In this document: piece after piece, positions 9,242 to 19,645 of the stretch
Layout: the number at the start of each line of letters is the position of its first letter
How positions within the stretch are numbered: the stretch's first letter is position 1
Origin: Acholeplasma sp.
GTDB taxonomy: Bacteria > Bacillota_I > Bacilli_A > Acholeplasmatales > UBA5453
Length of the DNA: 64,000 bases
Direction: 5' to 3'
Assembly: GCA_036677365.1 (NCBI GenBank)
Contig: JAVBWN010000031.1
Coordinates: forward strand, 12,975-76,974
The notes under the pieces: model-generated
What the model was told of the DNA's origin: nothing
Database searches by the model: none
The model's input: only the letters and a program-made list of their open reading frames with translations
Made by a program: the position numbers and the translations under genes

Positions 9242-11332
9242 TTAATACTTTTTAAATGTCTCCTGAACGATAAAGTAGGATTGCTTTAAACGTTCGTGGT
9301 AAGTAGGGTATTCCCAATTATCCCATGTGAAAGGGTTCAATGTCATACTTGAACCATTTGACCCAACCCCGATATAAATACTTTCAAAGGCTTCACCAGT
9401 GAAGACATTGTCACCTTTAAAGTTTGACATTCTAGTCTTGGTTGAAGGGTCCATGATATTGAGTAATAAATAAGGAATACGAATTTCAATATACTGATCG
9501 TTTCGATAATAGTCCGCTAAGGAATTATAGTCTTCATGATTTGGATCTGATATACCTTCAATCAAGAAACCCGCTTCATATTTAGAAAACGGAATCACTT
9601 CATTGGTCCCTGGTATGTGTAATTGCTTAGATAATGCATGATACATCCCTGTGAATAAACCACTATTGATGGTATACATACCTTCTGGTTTATCTACCAT
9701 ATCTAAAACATCCCCATACAAATGACTGAATGCGTCATAATAAGGGTCCACTTGGATACGTGATTCATTGCTGATGGATATTAAGAAATCAGCATCTCTG
9801 TTAAAGGATAAGTTCGCTGCTGTGTAAGAAAGATTGCCTTGATTTGGGATGGTATCGATACCGATATAAATGGTATCTTCTGAAATCGATTCTAATTCTA
9901 CCAATAAATAGATATACCTTTCATCTTGGGTTGCTTTGAGTTTTAAATCCGTGGTAGAGAGGTAGGGTATCTCTACCCAATCGTTCACCTTACCATCGAG
10001 TTTTATCTTTAAAGTTTCATCCGGTTCAAAGGTCAATAAACCAAACATTTGTTCATTGGTTTCAACATTGCTCCAAAAAGGTCTTTGCCACTCCAGGTCA
10101 AAATCCATCGTATTCCACGTGCGTTTAAACCATTCATCTTGCCACGCAAAGATGAGTGCACCCACACTCCCTGAGGCGTGGATATCATGCACCATAGAAG
10201 CAATCATTTTACCTTGTTCTTTTTCGGTGTGTCTGCCTTGATTAAATCCAGAATACCGCGCATCGTGGGCTTTCCCACGAGAAGACGGCACACCAAATTC
10301 TGCGACCAAAACAGGCATGCTATGGAAATCATTTAAATCATCTAAATACGCACGGTACGTGTTAATGGGGTCATATTTATCGATATATGCTTCTGAAAAA
10401 TTCATGAATTCTGGGTAATATGGATACACATGGTAAGACGCGTATTGTCCAGCAAAAGCTTTTTTTGTGGTTTTGATGTGTTCAACATTGACCACTGCCA
10501 TATCTTCTTTCGGGTCTGGTTCATTGGGGTGTGTCAACGGGTCTGTGGTTAACCAATTGGTGAAAGATACCGGTCGGGTAGTACTGTATTTTTCTGCTTC
10601 ATAAGACAAAATCGTATCGCCTACTTGAGCCAAAAAGGCTTCAAATGGCGATGCATTTTCCGTATATAAGAAATTGCCTTCATAGTGGTTTAGGGTTGGG
10701 TGTAATTGGTTGGTATTCATCACGAAGGATGGGTCCCATTCAACACCTAAAATCCAACCAATGATGTACTTAGAAACGTCATATGAATAATGACCACTGG
10801 CGAACCCGGGTCTTGGGTTTAAGGTTTTGTTACCATGGAAGATATCGACTAAATCTTTGCCATCAGAGATGAATTCATCTAAAAGATGGTTATCTTCAGC
10901 ATATGGGTCATGAATCGATTTAATCTTATCTTCATTGAGCCATAAACCATGCATCACATAAAGCTTTTTACTGCTTCTTTCATTGAATTCATACAAGGCT
11001 TCATAAAAAGCTGGTGTCATGGTGGTGTATACGCGAATCGTATTCGCGTTCATTTCAGAGATTTGAACAAACCATCTCAAATATTCGATTTTTGTGATGG
11101 CGAGTTCACCGGGAAAGTATCCTGGTTTGGTCGCGCCAACATTCACGCCTTTAATAAAAGACTTTTGAAGTTTTTTGCCCGTATAGATATAAAAATCCCC
11201 ATCGTGGATGAGTGCCGATGTGGAAAGTCCTTGTTGTTGGTGGCTAAGTTTTGGTTTTAATAAAGTCACGATTGAGATTACGATACTTGTAACCATCACA
11301 ATCAAAATCAATCCAATCCAAATTTTCTTCAT
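9242..11332 (-). CDS. Membrane-anchored glycoside hydrolase-like (clan GH-A TIM barrel) protein
   Basis: N-terminal TM helix; ANTIRVYT, ILGVEWD and PVLVAEFGVPSSRG motifs (putative acid/base and nucleophile Glu). Confidence 0.65.
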   Translation of the reverse strand: MKKIWIGLILIVMVTSIVISIVTLLKPKLSHQQQGLSTSALIHDGDFYIYTGKKLQKSFIKGVNVGATKPGYFPGELAITKIEYLRWFVQISEMNANTIRVYTTMTPAFYEALYEFNERSSKKLYVMHGLWLNEDKIKSIHDPYAEDNHLLDEFISDGKDLVDIFHGNKTLNPRPGFASGHYSYDVSKYIIGWILGVEWDPSFVMNTNQLHPTLNHYEGNFLYTENASPFEAFLAQVGDTILSYEAEKYSTTRPVSFTNWLTTDPLTHPNEPDPKEDMAVVNVEHIKTTKKAFAGQYASYHVYPYYPEFMNFSEAYIDKYDPINTYRAYLDDLNDFHSMPVLVAEFGVPSSRGKAHDARYSGFNQGRHTEKEQGKMIASMVHDIHASGSVGALIFAWQDEWFKRTWNTMDFDLEWQRPFWSNVETNEQMFGLLTFEPDETLKIKLDGKVNDWVEIPYLSTTDLKLKATQDERYIYLLVELESISEDTIYIGIDTIPNQGNLSYTAANLSFNRDADFLISISNESRIQVDPYYDAFSHLYGDVLDMVDKPEGMYTINSGLFTGMYHALSKQLHIPGTNEVIPFSKYEAGFLIEGISDPNHEDYNSLADYYRNDQYIEIRIPYLLLNIMDPSTKTRMSNFKGDNVFTGEAFESIYIGVGSNGSSMTLNPFTWDNWEYPTYHERLKQSYFIVQETFKKY

Positions 11333-11447
11333 ACAGAGTCCTCATGTTACATTATACAAGAAATATGGTTTTAAGTCTTTGGATATGTTAGTAATTCATC
11401 ATCGATAATCACTAAAAATAACAAAAAAGAGATTTCGATGTGAAATC

Positions 11448-11774
11448 TCATTTTTTTAAGAATGTTTCTAAGATTTGGGTGATTTCTAAAAACTGTGCTT
11501 TTTTCTCATTGAGATAAGCCTTACCCGTATTTGTAATAGAATAATATTTACGCTTGACAGGTGCATTCGTTTCCACCCAATAAGAAACGATATGATTGGC
11601 CTGTTCTAGTCGCTTAAAAGCGGTGTACAGGGTAGCTTCTGTCAACACGAATTTATCTTGTGTACGCTTTGATATGATCTGATTGATTTGATAACCATAC
11701 GAATCTGATTCTTCAAGGATCGATAAAATGATGGCGTCCGTATGACCGCGCAATGTATCACCAAATAAGTCCAT
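11448..11774 (-). CDS. PadR family transcriptional regulator
   Basis: ILSIL...YGYQI...EATLYTAFKRLE...KRKYYSIT. Confidence 0.9.
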   Translation of the reverse strand: MDLFGDTLRGHTDAIILSILEESDSYGYQINQIISKRTQDKFVLTEATLYTAFKRLEQANHIVSYWVETNAPVKRKYYSITNTGKAYLNEKKAQFLEITQILETFLKK

Positions 11775-11806
11775 AATGCTCCCCCCTTTACCAATTACAG
11801 GTACTT

Positions 11807-13003
11807 TTAATTTTTTGACCGGTTATATATATATTGTACACCTACAACCAAATAATATAATGCACTGAGTAAGGCAGGAATCAAAATGAACACTGATGCC
11901 ATACCTGAGTATGAAGTGATTATGGATCTCTGATTCATCATTATGTCAAAGATCCATGCAATGAAGAATAATACGATATAAGATTGGAAAATAAGGTGTT
12001 TTGACTTTTTGTATTTGAGTACCAAAACATAAGTTATCGCAACCCAAAGGTATCCAATGATCATGATCATGGCTGGTATGAATTCATAACTTAATAGTCT
12101 AAATGTCATAAACAACTGCCTACCCTCAATCATATCAGGTACATTATTGACAACACGTTCGTAGGAGACGTAAGTCAATAAATAGATACCGACAGACCCT
12201 AATCCGAAAACATAGGATAAAAACAATCGTAAATCTCGTCTTTGAGGAATTTCCATATTTTGAATGAACTCGTAAGATGATTTGATTTTTCCCTTCAGTT
12301 CCTTTTCACCCGTCAATAAGTAGTATTTTACCTTTAAACGATGATAGAGGTGTTCACTGAGAATCATCAATACGACGAATGAAACAGCAAATGCGATGAT
12401 AGAGATGGCGACAAACATTTGAATCGTTGCTTGAATACGATTTAAATCCGGGTTGATACTTAATTTCATCATCAAAACGATCCAATTAGAAATCATTTGA
12501 ATCAGTAACGATATCAAATAAGCAATATTTATACTCCAAAAGAAAAACGATGTTTTCATATAAGTGAAAATGCGCTTCAAATAGTGATTGTGCAACTCGA
12601 TGTCTAATTCTTTAGATTTAACCACCATGGCTTTTGAGTATAAATAATACCCACCAACGGCATACAAGGCGATGGAGATGGCTGTGAGTACACCTCCGAC
12701 CACACCATTGAGTAAAATCAGTATGAATGCGAATATCGCGAGAATCGCTGATACTGGCAATAAATACTCTGGTAACCCAGGTAATACGGATGTTTCATCG
12801 TCTGAATCCATCGATGGCGCGTTAAAATCACCCATCGATTTTACTGCACTCAAATAAGCTTCTTGTTCACTTAAACCCGAGTCGATTGCAGCATCATATC
12901 GGTCACAAAGGTTCCCAATAATCTCTTCTTTTAAAGACTCAAGTCCATCTCTTTTGTCAAATCTAAAATAATGATTAACGTACTGCTCTATTTTACCTTT
13001 CAT
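11807..13003 (-). CDS. Membrane protein with N-terminal permease-prefix-like domain
   Basis: LKEEIIGNL.DRYD...GLSEQEAY..AVKSMGD N-terminus, then multiple TM helices; SD GGAGG before ATG 13003; paired with PadR. Confidence 0.7.
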   Translation of the reverse strand: MKGKIEQYVNHYFRFDKRDGLESLKEEIIGNLCDRYDAAIDSGLSEQEAYLSAVKSMGDFNAPSMDSDDETSVLPGLPEYLLPVSAILAIFAFILILLNGVVGGVLTAISIALYAVGGYYLYSKAMVVKSKELDIELHNHYLKRIFTYMKTSFFFWSINIAYLISLLIQMISNWIVLMMKLSINPDLNRIQATIQMFVAISIIAFAVSFVVLMILSEHLYHRLKVKYYLLTGEKELKGKIKSSYEFIQNMEIPQRRDLRLFLSYVFGLGSVGIYLLTYVSYERVVNNVPDMIEGRQLFMTFRLLSYEFIPAMIMIIGYLWVAITYVLVLKYKKSKHLIFQSYIVLFFIAWIFDIMMNQRSIITSYSGMASVFILIPALLSALYYLVVGVQYIYNRSKN

Positions 13004-13012
13004 GTTTCCTCC

Positions 13013-13073
13013 ATACCTAATCTGTTTATGTATAAAGGATAACATCAATATACCTAATCTGTCAAGGTATATT
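13013..13073 (-). promoter_or_regulatory. Promoter with two operator-like sites, probably for PadR
   Basis: TTGACA (13060-13065) inside the palindrome ATATACCT-N9-AGGTATAT; second copy of ATACCTAATCTGT at 13013. Confidence 0.5.
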
Positions 13074-13112
13074 TTGCTCAAAAAAAAACACACACCCCTT
13101 GGTGTATGTTTT

Positions 13113-14648
13113 TTATCGAATAAATTGTTCTTTCTTTTTCACGTAATCAATGATGGCTTGCGTATACTTCGCACTCGTTTCTGACTTCATTGTGTACATG
13201 TCTGCGTCTGCAATTTTGATTAATTCATAGATTAAAGTACTACCCGTTTCATCATAGGCTGTACCAATCGAAACACTGATGCTTTCTAATAAATCTTTGT
13301 GTTCACATAACTCAATGATTTGAGCCTTCAATGCATTTAATATTTTTGGATTCGTATTTGGGATTAAAATCAAAAACTCATCTCCACCAATTCTGGCGAT
13401 TTCTTTTTTATCTACGGTAGACATGGCTAGCTTCATTTTATTCGATACTGCCTTTAATAAGTAATCGCCACGCTCATGGCCTAAATAGTCATTATTGACT
13501 TTTAAACCATTGAGGTCTAAAGATATGATGCCTAGCTTCGGTTGATTATTATAAGTCTTTAATTTGTTTTCAATATAATTACGGTTGTTTAACCCCGTCA
13601 TCGCGTCAAAATTCGAGAGTTGATTGAGTTCTCTTAAGAGTTTGAATACTTGGGTTTCATCGTATAAAAGAATCATAAACCCATAGTGGTTTTTTTGAAT
13701 ATAGAATTTGCGTTCTCTAACGTGGTAATGGTCTTTATTTTGTGTGACATCGACATCGATTTCATAGTTACGATAAAATACGATTTGGTCTTTTAAACCC
13801 TCATATAAAGCATCGAGTTTTTTACCGACATACTCGGCTGGTTTGACCCCGTATTTGGTTGAAAGTAATTCACTGAACTCAACGATTCTTTTATCGGCAT
13901 CGGTTAAGATATAGAGTTCTCTCATATTCGATAGGATTTTACCACGACCACTGGTGAGTAGGTTAAAGATCATATCGTTGGTATATATGACTCGATATAG
14001 AATGAACGTTCCAAATGCTAAGGATATATACGTCAAATCAATGTCGGTATCGATGTATAAAAACTCCAACAAATTTAGGATCAGTACAACGATGACCGCG
14101 ACGGTAATCGTTTTGGTCACGGCTTCGTAACTTCGTATGGTGTCTTTCTTTTTAATCACGTAATAGAATAGAGCGATGATGGCAAATAACATCACTGAAT
14201 ACGAAAATATCAGATGATAAATGTATAATGGCCCTTTACTTGAAAAATATAGGTCAGAAAATGAGGTCATTTCAGATAAACTGAGTTGAACAAACCAACC
14301 TGTTGATGGATTGGTAAAAGCCAAAACCACTTCTGTAAGCCCCAATAACATCAATATCGCCAAAACTATTTTTGGTAATTTTTCTTCCACATAATCATAA
14401 ATGGTACATAGAGAAAATACCATCACCATGAACTTCATGGGGTAACCGAGTAGATGGGCATGGTAAACAATGAATGGGACGGAGGAAATGCGTTCAACGA
14501 AGATGAGTACAGTCCAAATGAAGGTCGTGAGCATCAATAACTTTAAACAACGGTATTTTTCTTCACGACTGCTTTTGAATAAATTCACCACAGGGATGAA
14601 TGACATAAATCCAACCATAACCATTATAATTAATAAAAATTCATGCAT
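13113..14648 (-). CDS. Diguanylate cyclase with N-terminal 7TM sensor domain
   Basis: Seven TM segments, then DAMTGLNNR, DLNGLKVNNDYLGHERGD, ARIGGDEF, ADADMY. Confidence 0.9.
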   Translation of the reverse strand: MHEFLLIIMVMVGFMSFIPVVNLFKSSREEKYRCLKLLMLTTFIWTVLIFVERISSVPFIVYHAHLLGYPMKFMVMVFSLCTIYDYVEEKLPKIVLAILMLLGLTEVVLAFTNPSTGWFVQLSLSEMTSFSDLYFSSKGPLYIYHLIFSYSVMLFAIIALFYYVIKKKDTIRSYEAVTKTITVAVIVVLILNLLEFLYIDTDIDLTYISLAFGTFILYRVIYTNDMIFNLLTSGRGKILSNMRELYILTDADKRIVEFSELLSTKYGVKPAEYVGKKLDALYEGLKDQIVFYRNYEIDVDVTQNKDHYHVRERKFYIQKNHYGFMILLYDETQVFKLLRELNQLSNFDAMTGLNNRNYIENKLKTYNNQPKLGIISLDLNGLKVNNDYLGHERGDYLLKAVSNKMKLAMSTVDKKEIARIGGDEFLILIPNTNPKILNALKAQIIELCEHKDLLESISVSIGTAYDETGSTLIYELIKIADADMYTMKSETSAKYTQAIIDYVKKKEQFIR

Positions 14649-14905
14649 AATCATCACCCACTTATATAAACATTATACCAAAAATTTGAGATTCAAACTT
14701 TAAGGACAATTATATATACGTTTTTCATGTTATGTACCATAATACCCGACATTTTTGGAAATATTACAAACAAAATACATACTTTTCCTTATCATTACCT
14801 AAAGAATGCGTATCATTTTGTGTAAACACTTTATCACGGTATACTGTGGTTGAAAAGGTAATCTACTGATTATTACCTTAAATAGAAATATTATAGGAGG
14901 GCATT

Positions 14906-15988
14906 ATGTTATTCGATGTATATGATCCACTCAAGAAAAAAATGTTTCAAATATTGGATCAAGAAGGGGTTGTCGTCAATTCAAAAGACGAACCTGAGAT
15001 TCCTAAAGATGTATTACTCAAAATGTATCAAACCATGACTTTAGGCCGTATCGCTGACTTAAAAGCGGTCCAATTCCAAAGACAAGGTCGTTTGCTTACA
15101 TACGCACCCAACGTCGGTCAAGAAGCGGCCCAAATCGGTCCGATGGCCGCGTCTACTGACCGTGACTGGTTGGTGCTCGCATTCCGTGAATTCAACGCGA
15201 TGCTTTATAAGGGTGTTACCTTGGAACAATACTTCTTGTATTGGTTTGGTAATGAACAAGGCTCCCATTTTAACGAAGGTGTGAAAGTCTTACCGGTCAA
15301 CATCCCGATTGGTTCACAAATCTCACACGCGGCTGGTTTAGCGTACGCTGCGAAAATCCAAAAGAAAGATGAAGTTGCTTTTGTTTATATTGGTGATGGG
15401 GGTACTTCTCATGGAGAGTTCCACGAAGGTTTAAACTTTGGCGCGGTTTATAGCGCACCAATGATTGTCATCATCCAAAATAACCAATGGGCCATTTCTA
15501 CCCCACGTTCTAAAGCGACCAAAGCCGAAACCCTCGCTCAAAAAGCGATTGCGTATGGTATCCCTGGCATTCAAGTCGATGGTAACGACGTTTTAGCGAT
15601 GTACGTGGCTGCTCAAGAAGCCATCAAACTCGCGAAATCTGGTAAAGGCCCAGTGCTCATTGAAGCGGTCACTTACCGTATCGGTGCGCATACCACCTCA
15701 GACAATCCGAAGATTTATCGTTCGGATGAAGAGGTCGAAGCGTGGGCACAAAAAGACCCACTCAAGCGTTTTAGAAATTACTTGCTCAACAAAGGTATCA
15801 TCACAGAAGATTCGGATGCGAAACTCAATGAAACATACAATCAATTGGTATTGGATACCTTTAAAAAAGTGGAAGACAGTGGTTTCGAGACTTTAGAAGA
15901 GGTCTTCGAGCATACCTATGAAAAACTCACCCCACAACTCAAAGAACAATACGAACTACTCAAAAAACAAGCGGAGGTTCTAGAATAA
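14906..15988 (+). CDS. pdhA: Pyruvate dehydrogenase E1 alpha
   Basis: GDGGTS...NNQWAIST TPP motif; YRIGAHTTSD. Confidence 0.95.
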   Translation: MLFDVYDPLKKKMFQILDQEGVVVNSKDEPEIPKDVLLKMYQTMTLGRIADLKAVQFQRQGRLLTYAPNVGQEAAQIGPMAASTDRDWLVLAFREFNAMLYKGVTLEQYFLYWFGNEQGSHFNEGVKVLPVNIPIGSQISHAAGLAYAAKIQKKDEVAFVYIGDGGTSHGEFHEGLNFGAVYSAPMIVIIQNNQWAISTPRSKATKAETLAQKAIAYGIPGIQVDGNDVLAMYVAAQEAIKLAKSGKGPVLIEAVTYRIGAHTTSDNPKIYRSDEEVEAWAQKDPLKRFRNYLLNKGIITEDSDAKLNETYNQLVLDTFKKVEDSGFETLEEVFEHTYEKLTPQLKEQYELLKKQAEVLE

Positions 15989-15989
15989 T

Positions 15990-16973
15990 ATGGCCATCAT
16001 CAATCTATTAGAAGCCGTGAATAAGGCTTTAGAAACTGAAATGCAAAAAGACCCCACCGTCGTTGTTTACGGTGAAGATGCCGGTTTTGAAGGTGGCGTC
16101 TTCAGAGCAACCGCTGGTTTACAAGCCCAATTTGGTGTTGATCGTGTCTTTGATACACCCATCGCGGAAGGGGCCATCGTTGGTTCTGCTGTCGGGATGG
16201 CCATCAATGGCTTAAAACCGGTGGTTGAATTACAATTCTCAGGCTTCATGTTCCCTGGGTTCAACCAAATCACAACCCATGTTGCGCGTTATCGCAACCG
16301 TTCTCGAAGTAAATACAACCTACCCATGGTCATCCGGATGCCCTATGGGGGTGGCGTTAAAGCCTTAGAACACCACTCAGAAAGCTTAGATACCTTATTC
16401 GCTCATATCCCAGGGTTAAAATTAGTCATTCCTTCGACCCCATATGACGCTTTAGGTTTGTTAAGAAGTGCGTTAAGAGACCCAGACCCTGTCATTTTCA
16501 TGGAACCAAAACGCATTTACCGAGCGTTTAAACAAGAGGTCCCAGATACCGATTATGTTGTACCGCTTGGTAAAGCTAAAATTGTCAAAGAAGGTACCGA
16601 TGTTACTGTGGTTGCTTGGGGTGCCATGGTGCGTGAAGTCGAAGCTGGCTTAGCACTCTTGAAAGATGACAACATCTCTGTTGAACTGATTGACTTAAGA
16701 ACCATCGCGCCATTTGACGTGGAAACCATCGTGAACTCGGTGAAAAAGACCGGTCGTTTACTCGTGGTTCATGAAGCGGTGAAGTCCTTTGGACCTGGGG
16801 CGGAAATCATTTCTGTGGTCAATGAAAAGGCATTTTATCACTTAGAAGCCGCACCGAGACGTTTAACAGCGCCAGACATCACCGTACCACTACCGCGCGG
16901 CGAACACCACTTTATGATTCATCCAAAACAAATCGCAGCTGAAATCAAATCGCTTTTTTCAGTGAAAGCGTAG
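15990..16973 (+). CDS. pdhB: Pyruvate dehydrogenase E1 beta
   Basis: GEDAG..GGVFRAT, DTPIAE, ALEHHSES. Confidence 0.95.
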   Translation: MAIINLLEAVNKALETEMQKDPTVVVYGEDAGFEGGVFRATAGLQAQFGVDRVFDTPIAEGAIVGSAVGMAINGLKPVVELQFSGFMFPGFNQITTHVARYRNRSRSKYNLPMVIRMPYGGGVKALEHHSESLDTLFAHIPGLKLVIPSTPYDALGLLRSALRDPDPVIFMEPKRIYRAFKQEVPDTDYVVPLGKAKIVKEGTDVTVVAWGAMVREVEAGLALLKDDNISVELIDLRTIAPFDVETIVNSVKKTGRLLVVHEAVKSFGPGAEIISVVNEKAFYHLEAAPRRLTAPDITVPLPRGEHHFMIHPKQIAAEIKSLFSVKA

Positions 16974-16982
16974 GAGGTCACT

Positions 16983-18245
16983 ATGTATAATTTTAAATTT
17001 CCAGACATTGGTGAAGGCATCCATGAGGGTAAGCTTTTAAAATGGTTTTTCAAAAAAGGCGATACCGTCAAAGAAGGCGAAACGTTATGTTTGGTCGAAA
17101 CCGATAAAGTCAACGCCGAACTCCCAAGCCCTGTTTCTGGGGTGATTGATACCTTAGGGGTGGCTGTGGGTGAAATCATCCACGTTGGTGAAACCCTAGT
17201 ACTCATTCAAGATGGGTCAGTCTCACCAAAAGCTGAATCTAAGAAAGAAACCACCTCGGTCGATGAAGGTGAAAATGCCGGTGTCGTTGGACAATTAGAA
17301 GTGTCTTCAGAAGTCATCGCTTCTGCTGTTGAAGAAAAAACGGATAATAAAACAAATACCAAAGTTTTAGCATCCCCACTGGCGAGACAACTCGCGAAAG
17401 ACAACCAAATCGACATCAAATCCTTAAAAGGGTCTGGTGAGTTTGGTCGAATCCTCAAAACCGATGTTGAAAACGCCATCGCGTCTAAACAAGTTAAACC
17501 TGTTCAACCAAGCATCCCAGTCCCACCGATGACTACTTCCAAAGAAGGCATCCGACGTGTGCCAATCACATCGATCCGTAAAGCGATTGTGACCGCGATG
17601 ACCTTATCGAAACAAATCATCCCACATACCGTTTTAATGGATGAACTCGATGTCACCGAACTCGTGAACTTAAGAAACGAACAAAAAGGTTTCGCAAGTG
17701 AAGCTGGTATCCATTTAACTTACATGCCTTTCATCATCAAAGCCTTGACCAAAACCATTCAAGAATTCCCAATTTTCAACGCGTCATTCGACCATGAAAA
17801 AGGCGAAATTCTGTATAAAGATTTTATCCACATCGGTTTCGCTACCGATACACCTGAGGGGTTGATCGTACCAAACATCAAACATGCCGATCAATTATCG
17901 ATTTTTGAACTGGCTCAACAGCTCAAAGACCTACAACAAAAAGCCATCAACAAAACCATTCAACTTAAAGACATTCAAAATGGTACGTTTACCGTGACCA
18001 ATTATGGTGCGTTTGATTCCACTTTTGGGGCACCCATCATCAAGTACCCTGAAGTTGCCATCATGGGCATAGGTAAAATTCAATCGAAACCAATCGTTAA
18101 AAACAATGAAATCGTCATCGCACCTGTTTTACCGATTTCATTCGCTGTGGACCACCGAATCATTGACGGGGCGGATGCCGGCCGCTTCGTAATGAAGTTC
18201 AAATCGTATTTGAAGAACCCTGTGTTCATGTTGTTGTCCAAATGA
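16983..18245 (+). CDS. pdhC: Dihydrolipoamide acetyltransferase E2
   Basis: Lipoyl motif ETDKV, E3-binding ASPLAR, catalytic DHRIIDG. Confidence 0.95.
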   Translation: MYNFKFPDIGEGIHEGKLLKWFFKKGDTVKEGETLCLVETDKVNAELPSPVSGVIDTLGVAVGEIIHVGETLVLIQDGSVSPKAESKKETTSVDEGENAGVVGQLEVSSEVIASAVEEKTDNKTNTKVLASPLARQLAKDNQIDIKSLKGSGEFGRILKTDVENAIASKQVKPVQPSIPVPPMTTSKEGIRRVPITSIRKAIVTAMTLSKQIIPHTVLMDELDVTELVNLRNEQKGFASEAGIHLTYMPFIIKALTKTIQEFPIFNASFDHEKGEILYKDFIHIGFATDTPEGLIVPNIKHADQLSIFELAQQLKDLQQKAINKTIQLKDIQNGTFTVTNYGAFDSTFGAPIIKYPEVAIMGIGKIQSKPIVKNNEIVIAPVLPISFAVDHRIIDGADAGRFVMKFKSYLKNPVFMLLSK

Positions 18246-19612
18246 CCTACGATATTTTGATTTTAGGTGGCGGACCCGGCGGTTATGTCGCTGCCATCAA
18301 AGCCGCACAGCTCGGCTATAAAGTAGGACTTGTTGAAAAAAACGCCTTGGGTGGCGTTTGTTTAAATGAGGGTTGTATCCCAACCAAAACATTATTGAAG
18401 AATGCGAAAGTATACCGATTGATGAAACACGCCTCTCATTACGGTGTTCACATCGATGAAAGTGCCGTATCCTTCAATTGGACCGAAATGCTTACGCGTA
18501 AAAATAAAGTCATCAAAACTTTAACCGATGGTGTGAAAGGTTTACTCAAAAAAAATGGGGTTACCGTTCATAACGGTTATGGTGAAGTAATCAATAAAAC
18601 CACCGTAAAAGTGGGCGAAGAAACCCTTGAAACGAAGTATTTGATTCTCGCAACCGGTGCTTCACCCGTCATTCCGAATATCCCTGGTTTAAAGGCAGGG
18701 TTTGAAAGACAATTCGTTTATACCTATGCGAGTTTACTCAATTATCCTAACATCCCGAAAGCCTTAACCATCATAGGCGGTGGGGTCATCGGGTTGGAAT
18801 TCGCGACCCTTTTCTCCAGTTTTGGTACGAAAGTGACTGTCATAGAACGTTTAGACCAAATCTTGTCGTCAGTCGATGATGACATTAGACAAGCGTATTT
18901 AAGACTCCTAAAAAAAGATAAAATCGATGTCATTACAGCTGCGACTGTGACTGAAATCAAAGACGATACTGTCATCTATGAACATCAAGGGACATCTAAA
19001 TCGATTCAAAGCGACATCGTCTTGTTATCGGTTGGGATGAAACCCAATTTAGAAGCCTTTAAAGCATTAAACATCGAGACCACCAAACAAGGGGTGGTTG
19101 TGAACGAACACCTCCAAACGTCTATCCCAACCGTTTACGCGATTGGTGATATCACCGGGAAAATGATGCTCGCCCACGCCGCTTCCGCGGAAGGCGTTAC
19201 CGCGGTTGAACACATCCATGGTAAAGATGTTTCCTTCTCCTTCGACCATGTCCCAAGCGCGATTTATGGTTTCCCAGAAATCGCTTGGATTGGGTTATCT
19301 GAGACCGCTGCCAAAGAGAACAACATCCCTTATAAAACATCGAAGTTCCCTCTCATGGCCAATGGTCGTTCCTTGGCTGAGGGCGATACTGATGGGTTTG
19401 TTAAAGTCGTGGTGAACCCAGATACCGGTGAAATCATCGGTGCCCACATTCTCGCATCCAACGCTTCCGATTTACTCGCTGAAGTGGTGCTCGCCATCAA
19501 GTCAGAGGCGACCATCGCGGATGTTGCCAATGCGATCCACTTACACCCGACCGTATCCGAAACCGTGATGGAATCGGCGTTAGGTGCCATTCATAAACAC
19601 ATCCATATCTAA
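18242..19612 (+). CDS. pdhD: Dihydrolipoamide dehydrogenase E3
   Basis: GGGPGGY, GGVCLNEGCIPTK, HPTVSE. Confidence 0.96.
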   Translation: MTYDILILGGGPGGYVAAIKAAQLGYKVGLVEKNALGGVCLNEGCIPTKTLLKNAKVYRLMKHASHYGVHIDESAVSFNWTEMLTRKNKVIKTLTDGVKGLLKKNGVTVHNGYGEVINKTTVKVGEETLETKYLILATGASPVIPNIPGLKAGFERQFVYTYASLLNYPNIPKALTIIGGGVIGLEFATLFSSFGTKVTVIERLDQILSSVDDDIRQAYLRLLKKDKIDVITAATVTEIKDDTVIYEHQGTSKSIQSDIVLLSVGMKPNLEAFKALNIETTKQGVVVNEHLQTSIPTVYAIGDITGKMMLAHAASAEGVTAVEHIHGKDVSFSFDHVPSAIYGFPEIAWIGLSETAAKENNIPYKTSKFPLMANGRSLAEGDTDGFVKVVVNPDTGEIIGAHILASNASDLLAEVVLAIKSEATIADVANAIHLHPTVSETVMESALGAIHKHIHI

Positions 19613-19616
19613 CAAT

Positions 19617-19644
19617 AAAGGCATGCCGCCCGGCATGCCTTTTC
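19617..19644. terminator. Bidirectional intrinsic terminator
   Basis: AAAGGCATGCCG-CC-CGGCATGCCTTT between the convergent pdhD and lplA. Confidence 0.85.
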
Positions 19645-19645
19645 T

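Noticed and set aside
14855..14879. Inverted repeat AAGGTAAT/ATTACCTT upstream of pdhA as a riboswitch
   Set aside because: A single short hairpin or possible operator; no aptamer features
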